A DNA stretch of 64,000 nt from Candidatus Saccharicenans sp. GTDB lineage: Bacteria; Acidobacteriota; Aminicenantia; Aminicenantales; Saccharicenantaceae. Positions within the stretch are counted from its first letter, which is position 1. Every line of letters starts with the position of its first letter. Made by a program: the position numbers and the translations under genes. The stretch is from the NCBI GenBank assembly GCA_029907135.1, contig JARYMJ010000002.1, positions 10,897 to 74,896 on the forward strand, written 5' to 3'. This document shows positions 38,431 to 47,755 of this stretch, in pieces. The notes under the pieces are model-generated. The model was given only the letters and a program-made list of their open reading frames with translations. It was not told the origin of the DNA and did no database searches.

Positions 38431-38485
38431 AATATGAACGTTTATTCATATATTAGTATAATATATGAATATCTGTTCATATATT
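38431..38485. promoter_or_regulatory. Two tandem ArsR/SmtB(CzrA)-type palindromes forming one large inverted repeat
   Basis: TGAA-CGTTTA-TTCA (38435-48) and TGAA-TATCTG-TTCA (38466-79), both flanked by ATA/TAT, 31 bp apart. Confidence 0.6.
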
Positions 38486-38607
38486 AGAAACTGGCCTTAA
38501 AGCAACTGATGATAATGTGGCTGCGTCAAGCCCGGAAATTTCAGGCGACCGGTTGAAAAACCTTAATTTATTTCTTCCTCTCCCCAAACAGGTCGGATTC
38601 GAATATC

Positions 38608-39018
38608 TCAGGCAATCGGCTTGTTCCCGGGCTCTCCCCCAGGAGTAGCCGTAACTTCGGTGGTCTGGCAGCTGGCTTCCAGGTAAGCCCCTTCCTCCAC
38701 CACCAAGCGCGGAGTGGTCAGGCTGCCGTAGACCCGGCCGCGGTTATGAACTTCTATCCTGTCCCGGGCCTGGAGGTCGCCTCTTATTTCCCCGTTAATG
38801 ATGAGTTGCCCGACCTTGACGTCGGCTTCAACCTTTCCCTTTTCGCCTATTATCAGCATAGCATCAGAATTTATCTTGCCCTGGAAATAGCCTTCGATCC
38901 GGAAGGAACCCTTAAAATTCAATTCGCCTTTAAGTTCTGTGCCGTGGTCAATCAACCCGGCCAGGCGGGATTCATCAGTCATTATCTCTCTTCCTTTCTC
39001 TTTTTCTTTATCCTTCAT
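38608..39018 (-). CDS. Bactofilin (polymer-forming cytoskeletal protein)
   Basis: Beta-helix repeats LKGELNFKGSFRIEG..GKI, IIGEKGKVEADV, IINGEIRGDL, LVVEEGA; ATGA overlap with parB. Confidence 0.9.
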   Translation of the reverse strand: MKDKEKEKGREIMTDESRLAGLIDHGTELKGELNFKGSFRIEGYFQGKINSDAMLIIGEKGKVEADVKVGQLIINGEIRGDLQARDRIEVHNRGRVYGSLTTPRLVVEEGAYLEASCQTTEVTATPGGEPGNKPIA

Positions 39019-39863
39019 TTTTTAACTCCTTTTATCTTATCATAAATCCGGTTGAGGTCCTCCAGGGAAAAATAAAATATCTTGATGGCTCCCTTGTTTC
39101 TGTTGCCAGTAATAGCTACCTTGGTTCCGAGAAATCTTATAAGTTCTTCTTCCACCGCTTTCAGGTCGGGGTCAGCCAGAGTTTTCTGAGCCCGCGGTGG
39201 CTTTTCCTTAAATCTCTGGACAAGTCTCTCCGTCTCTCTCACCGACAGTTGTTTATCTACCACTATCCTAGCTACCTGGAGCTGCAGCTGCGCTTCTTCC
39301 AGGGCCAGCAGGGCCCGGGCCTGTCCCATGGACAATTTTCCTTCCAGGATGAAATTCTTGATTTCTTCCGGCAATTTGAGCAGCCTGAGATAATTGGCCA
39401 CCGAAGCCCGGTCCTTCCCAACCTTATCGGCAATTTCCTGCTGGGTCAGTCCCAGCTCCGAGCTTAATTGCTGAAAGGCCTGGGCGATTTCCAGCGGGTT
39501 CAGGTCTTCCCGATGGATATTCTCGATTAGCTGAATCTCCAGTTGCCTTTCCCGGGCCAGATTCCTGATTATTACTGGAATGGAGCGCAGCCCGGACTTC
39601 TGGGCAGCCCGCCAGCGCCTCTCCCCCACCACTATCCGGTAGTGGTCATCCTCTGGTACCACCAGGACCGGCTGGATGATTCCAGTCTCCCTGATGGACC
39701 TGGCCAATTCCTCTATAGACTGGTCGTCAAAGATGGTTCTTGGCTGCCGGGGGTTGGGCCGGACCTTTTCGATTTCCACCTCGGCATAACGGTCTTCTTT
39801 TAAGATTCCAAATTCTTCGGGAATAAAGGCTCCCAAGCCTTTGCCCAGTGCTTTCTTGGTCAT
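39015..39863 (-). CDS. parB: Chromosome partitioning protein ParB/Spo0J
   Basis: LGKGLGA, NPRQPR, GERRWRAA, ENIHREDL, HTH TQQEIADKVGKDRASVAN. Confidence 0.96.
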   Translation of the reverse strand: MTKKALGKGLGAFIPEEFGILKEDRYAEVEIEKVRPNPRQPRTIFDDQSIEELARSIRETGIIQPVLVVPEDDHYRIVVGERRWRAAQKSGLRSIPVIIRNLARERQLEIQLIENIHREDLNPLEIAQAFQQLSSELGLTQQEIADKVGKDRASVANYLRLLKLPEEIKNFILEGKLSMGQARALLALEEAQLQLQVARIVVDKQLSVRETERLVQRFKEKPPRAQKTLADPDLKAVEEELIRFLGTKVAITGNRNKGAIKIFYFSLEDLNRIYDKIKGVKK

Positions 39864-40615
39864 TTCTTCATCAACTCCTCTGCCAGATTCATATAAGCCT
39901 CCGCCCCCCTGGATTTTGGATCATAAATAACTACCGGTTTGCCAAAACTGGGGGCTTCAGCCAGTCTTATGCTCCTCGGAATTATGGTGTTGAGAAGCAC
40001 TCCGCGCAACGAATTTCTTATTTCCTCGGCCACCTGACGGGCCAGGTTAGTTCTCTCGTCAAACATGGTTAAAAGTATGCCTTCTATATAAAGCTGTGGA
40101 TTAAAATAAGTCCTGACCATGTCCAGGGTGTGAAAAAGGTCGGGGATACCTTCCATGCAGAAGAATTCTGCTTGAACCGGGATAAGGATGGAATCCGCGG
40201 CTGACAGGGCATTTATGGTCAGGAAACCGAGAGAAGGGGGGCAATCAATCAGAATAAAATTAAAAAGCTTGCGAACCCCGGCCAGGGCAGTCTTCAGCCT
40301 GCTCTCTCGGCCTTCCATCTGGTAAAGTTCAGCCTCGGCCCCGCTCAGTTCGGGCGAACAGGCACAAAGGAAAAGATTTTCCAGCTCGGTGGGCGAAAGG
40401 CATTGCATGACATCCTGGCCGTTCAGCAGGGCCTGGTAGATACCTTTCCCCTTTTCTTTGGGCCGGCCTAAACCAACTGTGGCCATCCCCTGGGTATCCA
40501 GGTCAATAATCAGCACCCGCAGGCTTTTTAAGGCCAGGGCAGCCCCCAGGTTGATGGCGGTGGTGGTTTTCCCAACGCCGCCTTTCTGGTTGGCAACGGC
40601 AATAATCTTATTCAT
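39860..40615 (-). CDS. parA: Chromosome partitioning ATPase ParA/Soj
   Basis: NQKGGVGKTTT, IDCPPSLG, RLAEAPSFG. Confidence 0.96.
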   Translation of the reverse strand: MNKIIAVANQKGGVGKTTTAINLGAALALKSLRVLIIDLDTQGMATVGLGRPKEKGKGIYQALLNGQDVMQCLSPTELENLFLCACSPELSGAEAELYQMEGRESRLKTALAGVRKLFNFILIDCPPSLGFLTINALSAADSILIPVQAEFFCMEGIPDLFHTLDMVRTYFNPQLYIEGILLTMFDERTNLARQVAEEIRNSLRGVLLNTIIPRSIRLAEAPSFGKPVVIYDPKSRGAEAYMNLAEELMKK

Positions 40616-40620
40616 CTGGC

Positions 40621-42504
40621 TTATTCATCCGGTTCACATGTTCCACGTGGAACATCAATCCCGAGGTTCTTCTTTCTGATAACCTCAACATATAGGTAAA
40701 TATTATAAACAGCCGCCGGCGTAATTCCAGCTATTTTTTTAACCTGCCCCATATTTTCGGGTCTGTTCTTTTCCAGTTTTTCCACCTGTTCCCTGGTCAG
40801 TCCGGGCACTTCACGGAAATTTATACCCGGAGGGATGGGGAAACTATCCAGTTTCATTATCCTGGTTATTTCTTTCTCCTGTTTCTTCAGATAGCCCTCA
40901 TACTTAACTTCAGACTCTATGCTTCTAATCTCTTCCCGGCTGAGCCCAGGGAGCACTTCAATTTTTTCGGCCACCATTTCCCAGTTTATTCCAGGTTTTC
41001 TTAAATAATTGACGGCCGGAACTGGCTCTCCTTTCTCATCCTGTATTTTTTTCTGACGCAATAGCTCTATAGCCTGTTTGATTCTTTCCTGTTTTTCCAG
41101 GAATTTTTGGTATTCTTCTTCGCTTATCAGGCCGAGTTTGAAGCCATATGGCAATAGCCTCCGGTCAGCGTTATCTATCCTTAAATTGAGTCGATATTCG
41201 GCCCGGGAGGTGAAAAGACGATATGGTTCATCTACCCCGAAAGATATCAAGTCGTCAATCAAAACCCCGATATAAGCCTCGTGTCTTCCCAGAATGAAAG
41301 GTTCCTGTCCTCTCAGGTTCAGGACCGCATTTATGCCAGCCATCAGCCCCTGAGCTGCAGCTTCTTCATAGCCCGAGGTTCCGTTTATCTGGCCGGCCAG
41401 ATAGAGATTTTTTATTCTCTTGGTCTCCAGGGTGGGCCTGAGCTCGGTAGGGGAGACGGCATCATATTCTATTCCATAAGCCGGTCGCAATATCTTAGCC
41501 TGGTCCAGTCCGGGGATGCTCTGCAAAATTTCTTTCTGAACTTCGTAGGGCAGGCTAGAAGATAATCCGTTGACATATATTTCCGTGGTGTCCAGTCCTT
41601 CGGGCTCTAAAAAGAACTGGTGTCGCTGATGGTGAGGGAATTTCACCACCTTATCTTCAATCGAGGGGCAGTACCTCGGCCCTATCCCCTTGATTATCCC
41701 ACTTAATAGGGGAGACTTATCCAGGTTTTTTCTGATAACCTCGTGTGTTTTATGGTTAGTATAGCCCACATAACAGACTACAAGGTTCTTCAGCGGTCTG
41801 GTTGTCCGGAAAGAAAAGGCTACCGGCTGATCATCGCCCGGCTGCGGTTTGAATTTCTCCCAATCAATGCTGTTGCGGTCGAGCCTCATCGGGGTCCCAG
41901 TTTTAAGTCGGAGCATCTTGGAACCTGCTTCTCTCAATGTCCGGGCCAGCTCGACTGCCGGCGGTTCATTGGCTCTTCCGGCCGGGTAACTTTTAAGACC
42001 GATATGGATGAGGCCGTTAAGAAAAGTGCCAGGAGTAAGGATGACCGCGTCGGCTTTAATCCTGGTGCCGTCCTGGCAGATAACACCGCCAATCCGGTCT
42101 CCTTCTATCACCAGGCCGGTCACCACCGCCTGGAGTATTCTCAGGTTCTTTATATTCTCCAGCCATTTTTTCATGGTGAGACGGTAGGCGGCCTTGTCAC
42201 ACTGGGCCCTCGGTCCCTGAACCGCACCGCCCCGGCTTCTGTTCAATAGGCGAAAATGGATGCCCGTTTCATCGGCCAGGAGCCCCATGATACCCCCAAG
42301 GGCATCTATTTCCCTCACCAGGTGACCCTTGGCCAGGCCTCCAATGGCCGGGTTACAGGACATCTGGGCGATGGTTTCGAGGTGAATGGTTAAAAGACAA
42401 GTAGCTGCCCCCAGGCGGGCCGCAGCCGCCGCCGCTTCGCAGCCAGCATGACCGGCCCCGACCACCACCACCTCATATTCTTCAACAAAAGGCTCCTTTG
42501 TCAT
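40621..42504 (-). CDS. mnmG: tRNA uridine-5-carboxymethylaminomethyl modification enzyme MnmG (GidA)
   Basis: [51 protein letters not shown]. Start 42504 gives an ATGA overlap with mnmE. Confidence 0.97.
   Translation of the reverse strand: MTKEPFVEEYEVVVVGAGHAGCEAAAAAARLGAATCLLTIHLETIAQMSCNPAIGGLAKGHLVREIDALGGIMGLLADETGIHFRLLNRSRGGAVQGPRAQCDKAAYRLTMKKWLENIKNLRILQAVVTGLVIEGDRIGGVICQDGTRIKADAVILTPGTFLNGLIHIGLKSYPAGRANEPPAVELARTLREAGSKMLRLKTGTPMRLDRNSIDWEKFKPQPGDDQPVAFSFRTTRPLKNLVVCYVGYTNHKTHEVIRKNLDKSPLLSGIIKGIGPRYCPSIEDKVVKFPHHQRHQFFLEPEGLDTTEIYVNGLSSSLPYEVQKEILQSIPGLDQAKILRPAYGIEYDAVSPTELRPTLETKRIKNLYLAGQINGTSGYEEAAAQGLMAGINAVLNLRGQEPFILGRHEAYIGVLIDDLISFGVDEPYRLFTSRAEYRLNLRIDNADRRLLPYGFKLGLISEEEYQKFLEKQERIKQAIELLRQKKIQDEKGEPVPAVNYLRKPGINWEMVAEKIEVLPGLSREEIRSIESEVKYEGYLKKQEKEITRIMKLDSFPIPPGINFREVPGLTREQVEKLEKNRPENMGQVKKIAGITPAAVYNIYLYVEVIRKKNLGIDVPRGTCEPDE
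40639..40654. other. parS centromere-like site
   Basis: Perfect palindrome TGTTCCACGTGGAACA matching the chromosomal parS consensus; inside the mnmG 3' end, just upstream of parA. Confidence 0.92.
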
Positions 42505-43877
42505 TTTCCTATGCAAAAGCGGTTGAAGATTTCTTCCAGGATTTCCTGGCTGCTGATCTCACCCGTTAATTGCCCTATATCAGGCAAAACTTCTCTTATG
42601 GCTTCGGCTACCAGCTCTTCACTGTGTCCTTCCTCCAGCAGCCTAAGGGCCCTTTCCAGGTCCTGCTTCATGCTCTCAATCAGGGTTTTTTGCCTCTGGT
42701 GGAGAATTATTTCTTCCTGCTTTTCTGCCGGTGGGGAAAATGTACTCAGCATCAGCTTTTTAAGTTCCTCCAGGTTCTTTCCGGTCAGAGCGGAAACTTC
42801 CACCCAGGGTCTACCAGGGCACACAGCTAAGATTTTTTCTATGTTAATTTTTGGCTCCAGGTCAACCTTGTTAAAGACAAGAACCATTTTTTTCTGGCTG
42901 AATTTCTCCAGCAGCTGAAAATCTTCCCTGGTCTCTTTCCTGGAAGCGTCCAGGACCAAAAGAAGCCCATCGGCTTTTTCGGCCAGCCTTTGCCCCCTGA
43001 CCATGCCTTCCTCTTCCACCGGGTGCTGGGCCTGGCCGAACCCGGCCATGTCCACCAGCTTGATGAGCACTCCATCTAACAGGATGTTTTCCCTGATAAA
43101 ATCCCTGGTGGTGCCGGGGTAGGGGGTGACTATAGCTCTTTCCTCTTCCAGCAGGGCGTTGAACAGGGTTGATTTCCCGACATTAGTCTTGCCGAGGACG
43201 GCCACACTCAGCCCTTCCAGCATAGCCCGGCCCTGTTGGTAGCTCGTAACCAGTCTTTCCAGGTCAGATATGAGCTCGGCCAGGGCCTCCTTGATTCTTT
43301 CAGGCGCCACTTCAGGTTCTTCTTGCGCGAACTCCAGGCTGGTTTCCACCAGGCTCAATAATTCAACCACCTTCTCTCTGATAGAGGCTATCTTACAGGA
43401 AAGACTGCCTTCCATCTGCTTGAAGGAAACCCGGGCCTGGTCCAGAGAACAGGCCTGGATCAGGTCGTTAATGGCCTCGGCCTGAATGATATCAATCCGG
43501 CCATTGAGATAGGCCCGCAGGGTAAATTCTCCCGGGTGAGCCAGCCGGGCCCCGGCCTTTATCCCCAGCCTCACCGCCTCAGCCAACAAGACAGGAGAGC
43601 CGTGGAGGTTAAGCTCGACCACCTCTTCCCTGGTATATGAATTCGGGGCGGGGAAATAACACAAATAGCCAGCATCCAGCACTTCTCCCGACTCCGGGTC
43701 ATGCAGGTAGCCAAAACACATGGCCCTGGGACAGGCAGCTGGGTCCGTTTCTTTGAGGGCAAAAATTTTCCTGGCTATAGGCAGAGCCTCTGGCCCGCTC
43801 AGCCGAACGATACCGATTCCTCCCGGCCCGGGCGGGGTGGAAACGGCGATGATGGTATCTTCCAGGCTCTGGTTCAT
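42501..43877 (-). CDS. mnmE: tRNA modification GTPase MnmE (TrmE)
   Basis: [35 protein letters not shown]-terminal FCIGK. Confidence 0.97.
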   Translation of the reverse strand: MNQSLEDTIIAVSTPPGPGGIGIVRLSGPEALPIARKIFALKETDPAACPRAMCFGYLHDPESGEVLDAGYLCYFPAPNSYTREEVVELNLHGSPVLLAEAVRLGIKAGARLAHPGEFTLRAYLNGRIDIIQAEAINDLIQACSLDQARVSFKQMEGSLSCKIASIREKVVELLSLVETSLEFAQEEPEVAPERIKEALAELISDLERLVTSYQQGRAMLEGLSVAVLGKTNVGKSTLFNALLEEERAIVTPYPGTTRDFIRENILLDGVLIKLVDMAGFGQAQHPVEEEGMVRGQRLAEKADGLLLVLDASRKETREDFQLLEKFSQKKMVLVFNKVDLEPKINIEKILAVCPGRPWVEVSALTGKNLEELKKLMLSTFSPPAEKQEEIILHQRQKTLIESMKQDLERALRLLEEGHSEELVAEAIREVLPDIGQLTGEISSQEILEEIFNRFCIGK

Positions 43878-43883
43878 ATTCTA

Positions 43884-43912
43884 ATTTTAATCGCAGATTT
43901 GAAGATAGTAAA
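43884..43912 (-). promoter_or_regulatory. Internal promoter of mnmE (probable leaderless transcript)
   Basis: Minus strand TTTACT-N17-TAAAAT, then 6 nt to ATG 43877; no SD. Confidence 0.55.
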
Positions 43913-43935
43913 CAGAGGTTTGCAACGGGCTGATT

Positions 43936-44613
43936 TCAGTCCTGGCTGACCTGTTTTTTCTGGCTGTCGTCGGCCACCGGGAAGACCCTGACCTTCTTCA
44001 AAAACCCCTCTCCCAGGCTTTCGGTGGTTAGGCCGGGAACCTGGTTGACGGCGATGTGGATAATCCGCCTTTCGTAAGGATTCATGAAATCCAGGATTTC
44101 CTCCTGGCCGGTTTCTTTAACTTTCTGAGCTACCTGCAGGGCATACTCTTTCAATTGCTTTTCTTTGCGCCGCCGGAAAAATTCACAGTCAGCCTGGACC
44201 TTCTGGTTGGAGACCTTGTTCAGGATGTGCTGAATAGCCAGCAGCAAGGCCCCGTCATTTTTCAGGAGTAGCTTCCGGTCTTCACCGTCAAACACCACGT
44301 ATACCATCTGGTCCCTTTTCTTGACCTGGTAGGTGAGCTCCAGCGGAAAAACTTTCATCAGGTTTCTGAGGAAGACTTCAACCGCGCTGGATTCATCCGC
44401 GGTCTTGAGCCAGGCCCTGATGACTATTTCTTTATTCTTCAAACCGAAGAGCTTGGTTTTTTCGGTGACGATTTCATAATTAAACTGGTCCCGCGGAACC
44501 TTCAGCACATGCTCGGCCAGGCTTAGCACATCTTCCAGGCTTCTACCCTTAAATTCTTGTTTTTCAATAACTTGCATGCCATTCAGCTGGTTATTTTTTT
44601 CTTCTTTTTCCAT
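43936..44613 (-). CDS. jag: Jag/KhpB/EloR family RNA-binding protein (Jag_N, KH-like, R3H)
   Basis: EFKGRSLEDVL Jag_N; R3H MNPYERRIIH; TESLGEG; position downstream of yidC. Confidence 0.85.
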   Translation of the reverse strand: MEKEEKNNQLNGMQVIEKQEFKGRSLEDVLSLAEHVLKVPRDQFNYEIVTEKTKLFGLKNKEIVIRAWLKTADESSAVEVFLRNLMKVFPLELTYQVKKRDQMVYVVFDGEDRKLLLKNDGALLLAIQHILNKVSNQKVQADCEFFRRRKEKQLKEYALQVAQKVKETGQEEILDFMNPYERRIIHIAVNQVPGLTTESLGEGFLKKVRVFPVADDSQKKQVSQD

Positions 44614-46303
44614 CGGACTCCCTCTTGCGAGCCATCATCCGGTTCATGATGGCTTGCTGAGCTATTTGCAGAACATTATTGGTCAACCAGTAAAGAACCA
44701 ATCCGGCCTGAAAATTCATGAAGAAGATGGTAAAGATGAAAGGCATCAACAGCATCATCTTCTGCTGAGCCGGGTCGGCTGTCGAGGGCGTCATCTTCTG
44801 GGTGATGAACTGGGTCACACCCATCAGAATCGGCGTCACGTAGTAAGGGTCTCTGACCGAAAGGTCCTTTATCCAGAAAACAAACGGACTGTGCCTGAAT
44901 TCCACCGCCACCACCAGCATCCGGAAAAATCCCCAGAATACCGGGAGCTGAATCAGCAGGGGCAGGCAGCCGCCAGCCGGGTTGATGCCGTGCTCCTTGT
45001 AGAGGCGCATCAACTCCTCGTTCATCTGCCGCCTCTGTTCCATATCCTGCTTGGCTCTCTTGTATTTAGCCCGGAGGGCCTTGATCTTGGGCTGGATTTC
45101 CGCCATCCTGGCCATAGATTTGGTCGAGCTGTAGGTCAGGGGAAAGAAAAGGATTTTAATGATCAGAGTCATGATGATTATGGCCACTCCCCAGTTGGGA
45201 ATCAGCCCGTGGAAATACCTGGTGGCAATGAGCAGCAATTCAGCTATCCCGCCGAAGAAACCGAAATTGATGATCTTCTTGGTCTGGTGCCCATAGGCTT
45301 TCAGCCGGTCATACTCTTTTGGCCCCAGGAACGCTTCCTGAGGGTGGCTGAAGGCCAGGTAAAAATAGGGGATAACGGCTATCTTGCCGTCGGCCTGGGG
45401 TTCGCTAACTTCCTTCTTGAAAGCCAGGGCCTGGCTGCTGGCCGGGTCCAACAGGAAAATGGCAGCAAAATAATTTTCCTCGAAGGCGGCCCAGTTCAGC
45501 CCGAGATAGCGGCTGGCTTCATTCTCCAGGGCAATCTTTTTCTCCTGTAGTCGGAAGACCTTCTGGTCGCGATTGGTCAGGAAAGCCGCTCCCCGGTTGG
45601 CGCTGAACTTCTGTTTGAGTTCTTCCGGGCTCAGGCTGCCGATTCCAGGTCCCCAGAGTACTACCGGGTCAACTTCTTTTCCGCCGATCTCCAGGCTGAT
45701 TTTTATTCCGAAATTATAGTCGTGGCCGTTGAAGGTCAGCTGCTTGCGGACTTTCAAAGTATTCCCATCGGAATACTCGAATATCAGGGTATCAGTCTGG
45801 CCCTCTCCCAGCTGGAGGTTGCCGCCTTCATATTTATAGAGGGCTGTATTGGCCCGCTCCATCAGTTCCGGCTCTTCCAGTTTCAAAGCCAGAGGATAGA
45901 GGCCGAACCGGCCGGCAGCTTCCGGCACCAGGTCCAGCGGTTCGGGCACCGGATTCTTCCGGTCGGGTAATTTCTTCAGGTGTTTTTTTAACTTCCAGCT
46001 GGTCAGGACTGCTCCTCGGTTGCTCCAGGTGGCTTTATACAGGGGAGTTTCCACCGTGATACTTTCTTCCTGCTCGGCTGCCACCACCTCGGCCACCGGC
46101 TGGGCTGCGGTGTCCCGGACCGGGGCAGAAGGAGCTGCCTCCTGAGGTTTTTCGGCTCCAGCAGTCGCCTCCACTCGGTCGGTGGCTGCCGCTTGCGGCT
46201 GGGGCACCGGCTGGACCGGTTTACTGGGCTTGATAAAAATCAATTGATATAGAAACAGAATCAAGAACGACAGGAAAATGGCCAGAATTAATCTCTTTTC
46301 CAT
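44591..46303 (-). CDS. yidC: Membrane protein insertase YidC
   Basis: MEKRLILAI N-terminal TM, FLGPK, NWGVAII, GINPAGGCLP, WIKDLS..DP, GLVLYW. Confidence 0.96.
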   Translation of the reverse strand: MEKRLILAIFLSFLILFLYQLIFIKPSKPVQPVPQPQAAATDRVEATAGAEKPQEAAPSAPVRDTAAQPVAEVVAAEQEESITVETPLYKATWSNRGAVLTSWKLKKHLKKLPDRKNPVPEPLDLVPEAAGRFGLYPLALKLEEPELMERANTALYKYEGGNLQLGEGQTDTLIFEYSDGNTLKVRKQLTFNGHDYNFGIKISLEIGGKEVDPVVLWGPGIGSLSPEELKQKFSANRGAAFLTNRDQKVFRLQEKKIALENEASRYLGLNWAAFEENYFAAIFLLDPASSQALAFKKEVSEPQADGKIAVIPYFYLAFSHPQEAFLGPKEYDRLKAYGHQTKKIINFGFFGGIAELLLIATRYFHGLIPNWGVAIIIMTLIIKILFFPLTYSSTKSMARMAEIQPKIKALRAKYKRAKQDMEQRRQMNEELMRLYKEHGINPAGGCLPLLIQLPVFWGFFRMLVVAVEFRHSPFVFWIKDLSVRDPYYVTPILMGVTQFITQKMTPSTADPAQQKMMLLMPFIFTIFFMNFQAGLVLYWLTNNVLQIAQQAIMNRMMARKRESDGKRRKK

Positions 46304-46312
46304 AATCTCCTC

Positions 46313-46522
46313 TTAAGGCAAAGGGTCAATTCCTCCCTCGTGAAAGGGATGGCAGCGCAATATCCTTTTCCCTCCGAGCCAGCTCCCCTTGAAAAATCCG
46401 TATTTCTTAATGGCTTCATAGGTATACTGGGAACAGGTGGGGTAGTAGCGGCAATTATGTCCGAGCCAGGGTGACAACAACAGCTGGTAAGCCCTGATCA
46501 GCCCGAGGGCAATATATTTCAT
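46313..46522 (-). CDS. yidD: Membrane protein insertion efficiency factor YidD
   Basis: [23 protein letters not shown]. Confidence 0.95.
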   Translation of the reverse strand: MKYIALGLIRAYQLLLSPWLGHNCRYYPTCSQYTYEAIKKYGFFKGSWLGGKRILRCHPFHEGGIDPLP

Positions 46523-46549
46523 TCAAAACTCCATCTTTCTCAGCCCGGT

Positions 46550-46891
46550 CTAAAGAGCCAGCCGTTCCAGCACCGCCCTGAACTCGGCCGCCACCTCATC
46601 CCGGGTCCGCCCGCAGATATCTGGCTGGGCGATGAATATCAGGTCCACCGGCCCGGGCAATAAATTCTTGTTTTTCCGGAAAAGCTCCCGGAACAGTCTC
46701 TTGACCCTGTTCCGGGCGGTGGCCTGGCCGATTTTCCGGCTTACCACCACGCCCAGCCTGGAATACTCCAGGCCGTTTGGCTGAAATACCAGGTGGAAAT
46801 ACCTGCCTCTTAACCGGCGGCCCTTCCTGTATAACTCAATAAAATCCTTTTTCTTACGGATTCTTTCAACCGGTCTCAGGCGCTCATCCAT
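46550..46891 (-). CDS. rnpA: Ribonuclease P protein component
   Basis: RLGVVVSRKIGQATARNRVKR (RNR motif). Confidence 0.95.
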   Translation of the reverse strand: MDERLRPVERIRKKKDFIELYRKGRRLRGRYFHLVFQPNGLEYSRLGVVVSRKIGQATARNRVKRLFRELFRKNKNLLPGPVDLIFIAQPDICGRTRDEVAAEFRAVLERLAL

Positions 46892-47025
46892 CAGACCGCA
46901 AGTCTCTTGCGACCCTTTGCCCTTCTGTTTTTAATAACTTTCTGGCCACCTTTACTGCTCATTCTGACCAGAAAGCCATGAGTTTTCTTTCTTTTACGGT
47001 TGTTCGGCTGAAAAGTTCTCTTCAT
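46891..47025 (-). CDS. rpmH: 50S ribosomal protein L34 (absent from the ORF track)
   Basis: Read directly: [49 protein letters not shown] overlap with rnpA; upstream TTGACA-N18-TAAGAT (47086-47057). Confidence 0.97.
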   Translation of the reverse strand: MKRTFQPNNRKRKKTHGFLVRMSSKGGQKVIKNRRAKGRKRLAV

Positions 47026-47188
47026 GGTCAACACTCACTACAAGATTTAAGCTTGTATCTTAAACGAAGACAAGCAGTTCTGTCAAGTGCCGGCGACTGA
47101 CTGCTGGCCGGGGACTCTGGCCACCGCGCCGCCTCCAAATACTTCCCTTATCCTGGATACCATGTCTTAACCTGAAAGAACGTTTGGT

Positions 47189-47217
47189 TTGACTATAAAG
47201 ATAGGATAGACTATAAT
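47189..47217 (+). promoter_or_regulatory. sigma70-type promoter of carD
   Basis: TTGACT-N17-TATAAT, 9 nt before ATG 47227. Confidence 0.7.
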
Positions 47218-47226
47218 TTAAGCGAA

Positions 47227-47745
47227 ATGCATTTTCTTAAAATCGGTGACAAGGTCATCTACCCGGCCCAGGGGCTGGGAATCATAGAAGATATTCAGGA
47301 AGAATCCTATAACGGTCAGTCCATCCGCACCTTCTACATTCGCCTCAAGTGCAACAATACCCTGGTGGTCATCCCCAGCAATTCGGCGGCCGAAATTGGC
47401 CTCAGGCGACCGGTTTCCCATAAGAACATCAATAAATTTTTTCAGTTCCTGAGGAAATGTTCCATCGACATCAGCACCGACTGGAAAGACCGCTATAAGG
47501 AAAATTTTGACCTGATGAAATCAGGTCAGCTGGAAGATATTGCCGTCGTCTACAAGACGCTCTTCCTGCTGAGCCAGACCAAGCCCCTGTCCTTCAGAGA
47601 AAAAAAGATGCTGGAGAAATCGCGGGAGCTGATCATCAGCGAGCTGTCCGCCACTTCCTGCCTCAGCCAGGACAAAATCAGCGCCCGGCTGGACCAGTGC
47701 CTGGCCAGCTGCCTCAAGGACCTCAAGCTGAGGTCGGCCCTTTGA
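47227..47745 (+). CDS. carD: CarD/CdnL family transcription factor
   Basis: KIGDKVIYPAQGLG, IGLRRP, conserved Trp in DWKDRY, LSFREKKML. Confidence 0.9.
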   Translation: MHFLKIGDKVIYPAQGLGIIEDIQEESYNGQSIRTFYIRLKCNNTLVVIPSNSAAEIGLRRPVSHKNINKFFQFLRKCSIDISTDWKDRYKENFDLMKSGQLEDIAVVYKTLFLLSQTKPLSFREKKMLEKSRELIISELSATSCLSQDKISARLDQCLASCLKDLKLRSAL

Positions 47746-47755
47746 TTTTTATCCA

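Noticed and set aside
38205..38456. 83-aa ORF in the pyrG-bactofilin gap
   Set aside because: TTG start without SD, runs through repeats and operator palindromes, no motifs.
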